Program-made: the position numbers and the translations under genes
Notes under the pieces: generated by a model
What the model was told of the DNA's origin: nothing
Databases searched by the model: none
What the model saw: the letters and a program-made list of their open reading frames with translations, nothing else
In this document: positions 40,554 through 42,412 of the stretch, piece by piece
How positions within the stretch are numbered: position 1 is the stretch's first letter
Layout of the letters: every line of letters begins with the position of its first letter
DNA from: a bacterium
GTDB lineage: Bacteria > Patescibacteriota > Patescibacteriia > SG8-24
NCBI GenBank assembly: GCA_043825985.1
Contig: JBDRRB010000004.1
Span: 1 to 42,412 of the forward strand
DNA length: 42,412 nucleotides
Direction: 5' to 3'

Positions 40554-41912
40554 ATGACCAAAAACGATTTGGGGAAATTGACCGTTTCTTTCTGGCGACA
40601 CCTGCGCGGTGCCGTCTTTCGGCGCGAGAGCGGGGTGCTGGCCGAGCTGCTGCCGCAGGTCGGCGACGACCAGCTGGCCCACGCGGTCGATTCTTTCAGC
40701 CTGCGCGATAAGCTGGCGGTGATCCGAGCCCTGCCGGCCAGGCGTCGCGCTAAGGTGATCCTCGAGATGAGCGACTGGTCGGCCGATACCGTGCTGCCCA
40801 ATCTTCAGCTGGAGGAAGTCTGGAGCACGATCATGTCCGCCGAGTCGGACGATGCCGCCGACATCATCCAGTCCCTCGACGGTCCGGTGCGCGAGAAGGT
40901 CGTCGCCCGGCTGAGGGAAGACGATCCGAACGGGCTGCTGGCACTGTCCGTCTTCGCCGAGCAGACCGCGGGCGGACGCATGAAGACCGAGGTGCTGTCG
41001 TTCCGCGACGGATTGACCGTCGAGGAGGTGCGGCGCGAGATATCGTCCGATCCGGCCGCGCGGCATAAGTCCAACTACGTCTACGTCACCGGCGCCGGCG
41101 GCGAGCTGATCGGGCGCTTCTCGGTCATCCGGCTGCTGCAGGCCGACGCCAGGTCGCGACTGTCCGAGATCGTGGACGCCACGGCCATCGCCCTGCCGGC
41201 CGGGCTGGACCAGGAGGAGGTGGCCCTGGCGTTCGACGAGGCCGAGGCGATCGAACTGCCGGTCGTGAATCATCGCGGCCGTCTGCTGGGAGTGATCACC
41301 GCCGACGACGTGTTCGAGGTCATGGAGGAGGAGTACGGCGAGGACGTGACGCGGATGGCGGGCGTGCACGGGGACGCGCACATCAGCGATCCGCTCTGGC
41401 TGTCGTCCCGGCGGCGCCTGCCGTGGCTGGCGGTCAACCTGGTCACCGCCCTCATGGCCGCCTCGGTGGTCGGGCTGTTCCGGGGGACGATCGAGAGCGT
41501 GGTCATCCTGGCGGCGTTCATGCCGGTCATCGCCGGCATGGGCGGCAACGCGGCCCAGCAGTCCCTGGCCGTGACCGTGCGGGCGATCGCCCTGGGGGAC
41601 ATCAGGCACCTGTCGCTGCTGAAGGTGGTGGCCAAGGAGATCGGCGTCGGCGCGCTGAACGGGTTCATGGCCGGAGTGGTCGCGGGCGTCCTGGCCTCGG
41701 TCTGGACCGGCGACTGGGCCATCGGCTCGGTGATCGTGATGGCCATGACCGCGAACCTCCTGATGGCCGGACTGGCCGGCGTGTCCGTGCCCCTGGCCAT
41801 GCGGGCCTTGAAGGCCGATCCGGCCCTGGCCTCGACGGTTTTCGTTACTGCCGCGACCGACATTTTCGGCTTCTTCGCCTTCCTCGGCCTGGCGACGCTG
41901 CTGCTGGTGTGA
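40554..41912 (+). CDS. mgtE: magnesium transporter MgtE
   Basis: N-domain, CBS pair (LPVVN..LLGVITADD), RLPWL, MGGNA and DPALAS..TD. Confidence 0.93.
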   Translation: MTKNDLGKLTVSFWRHLRGAVFRRESGVLAELLPQVGDDQLAHAVDSFSLRDKLAVIRALPARRRAKVILEMSDWSADTVLPNLQLEEVWSTIMSAESDDAADIIQSLDGPVREKVVARLREDDPNGLLALSVFAEQTAGGRMKTEVLSFRDGLTVEEVRREISSDPAARHKSNYVYVTGAGGELIGRFSVIRLLQADARSRLSEIVDATAIALPAGLDQEEVALAFDEAEAIELPVVNHRGRLLGVITADDVFEVMEEEYGEDVTRMAGVHGDAHISDPLWLSSRRRLPWLAVNLVTALMAASVVGLFRGTIESVVILAAFMPVIAGMGGNAAQQSLAVTVRAIALGDIRHLSLLKVVAKEIGVGALNGFMAGVVAGVLASVWTGDWAIGSVIVMAMTANLLMAGLAGVSVPLAMRALKADPALASTVFVTAATDIFGFFAFLGLATLLLV

Positions 41913-41940
41913 AGTTTTAAGTTTTTGTCTGGATATTTTT

Positions 41941-42412
41941 ATGCCTTCCAATCTAACGCAAGTTTCGGTTGAGGTTTCGGCCCGTCATATTCACCTGTCG
42001 CAGGCGGATCAGGATGCGCTGTTCGGCGCGGGCTACGAGATGCCGGTCGCCAAGGACCTGTCCCAGCCCGGTCAGTGGGCCGGCGATGACAAGATCACGG
42101 TACGCGGGCCTAGGGGAGAGTTCGACTGTCGCGTGCTCGGCCCGTGTCGGGGGGCCACTCAGGTCGAGCTGTCGAAGACCGACTGCCTGAAGATCGGCAT
42201 CGAGCCGACGCTGCGCCTTTCCGGCGATCATGCCGGCACGCCCGGCTGCACGCTGGTCGGACCGAAGGGCGAGGTCGAGTTGAAGTCCGGCGTGATCGTC
42301 GCCCGGCGGCACATTCATCTATCGGACGAGCAGGCCACCGAACGAGGTCTCGTGAACGGCCAGACGGTCAGCGTCCGGGTCGGCGGCGAGCGCGGCCTGA
42401 CCTTTCACGAGG
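41941..42412 (+). CDS. pduL: phosphate propanoyltransferase PduL (truncated by window end)
   Basis: Manual translation: MPSNLTQVSVEVSARHIHLS..DLSQPGQW..RVLGP..TQVELSKTD..SG...TPG..VIVARRHIHL. Confidence 0.93.
   Translation, partial: MPSNLTQVSVEVSARHIHLSQADQDALFGAGYEMPVAKDLSQPGQWAGDDKITVRGPRGEFDCRVLGPCRGATQVELSKTDCLKIGIEPTLRLSGDHAGTPGCTLVGPKGEVELKSGVIVARRHIHLSDEQATERGLVNGQTVSVRVGGERGLTFHE

Noticed and set aside
40245-41951. Long antisense ORFs (also 4780..6090, 13989..15299, 22670..23836, 24545..25753, 30291..31697, 32958..34157)
   Set aside because: Shadow frames of high-GC genes that carry clear family motifs on the other strand.

Overview
High-GC bacterial chromosomal segment, most likely from a Patescibacteria/CPR organism of the Parcubacteria ABY1 (Uhrbacteria-like) type. 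This is inferred from CPR-typical surface-protein modules (GRILLQVQQHGEAWYV repeat; GSLFK..AVYY..GRRYVFPN domain), an LLGAGC lipobox, many orphan genes and SD-less starts. Left part: the 3' end of an IS5-family transposase, then an accessory run of orphans (P-loop kinase, two HExxH zincins, a nucleotidyltransferase split by a G6 frameshift), an LRR lipoprotein, a beta-helix surface protein, a bactofilin-like membrane protein and an acidic-repeat lipoprotein. Middle: YvlD-like holin, NUDIX, YwbE, ABC-F, DUF389, a tandem-domain ThyX-like enzyme and a ~2960-aa giant surface protein. Right part: S8 protease, msrB, typA, a LOG-family protein, era, an RlmD-like methyltransferase, a GT2, 2-oxoacid:ferredoxin oxidoreductase alpha/beta/gamma, mgtE and pduL (cut by the window end). 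The least explained signals are non-coding. Two free-standing, highly structured RNAs (27661-27988 and 29954-30183) each have a sigma70 promoter, a closing stem and a terminator. Two tiny orphan ORFs 16 kb apart share a DnaA-box/TTGCCA/CATGTGACA upstream module. All calls are from reading the sequence by eye; no searches were run.
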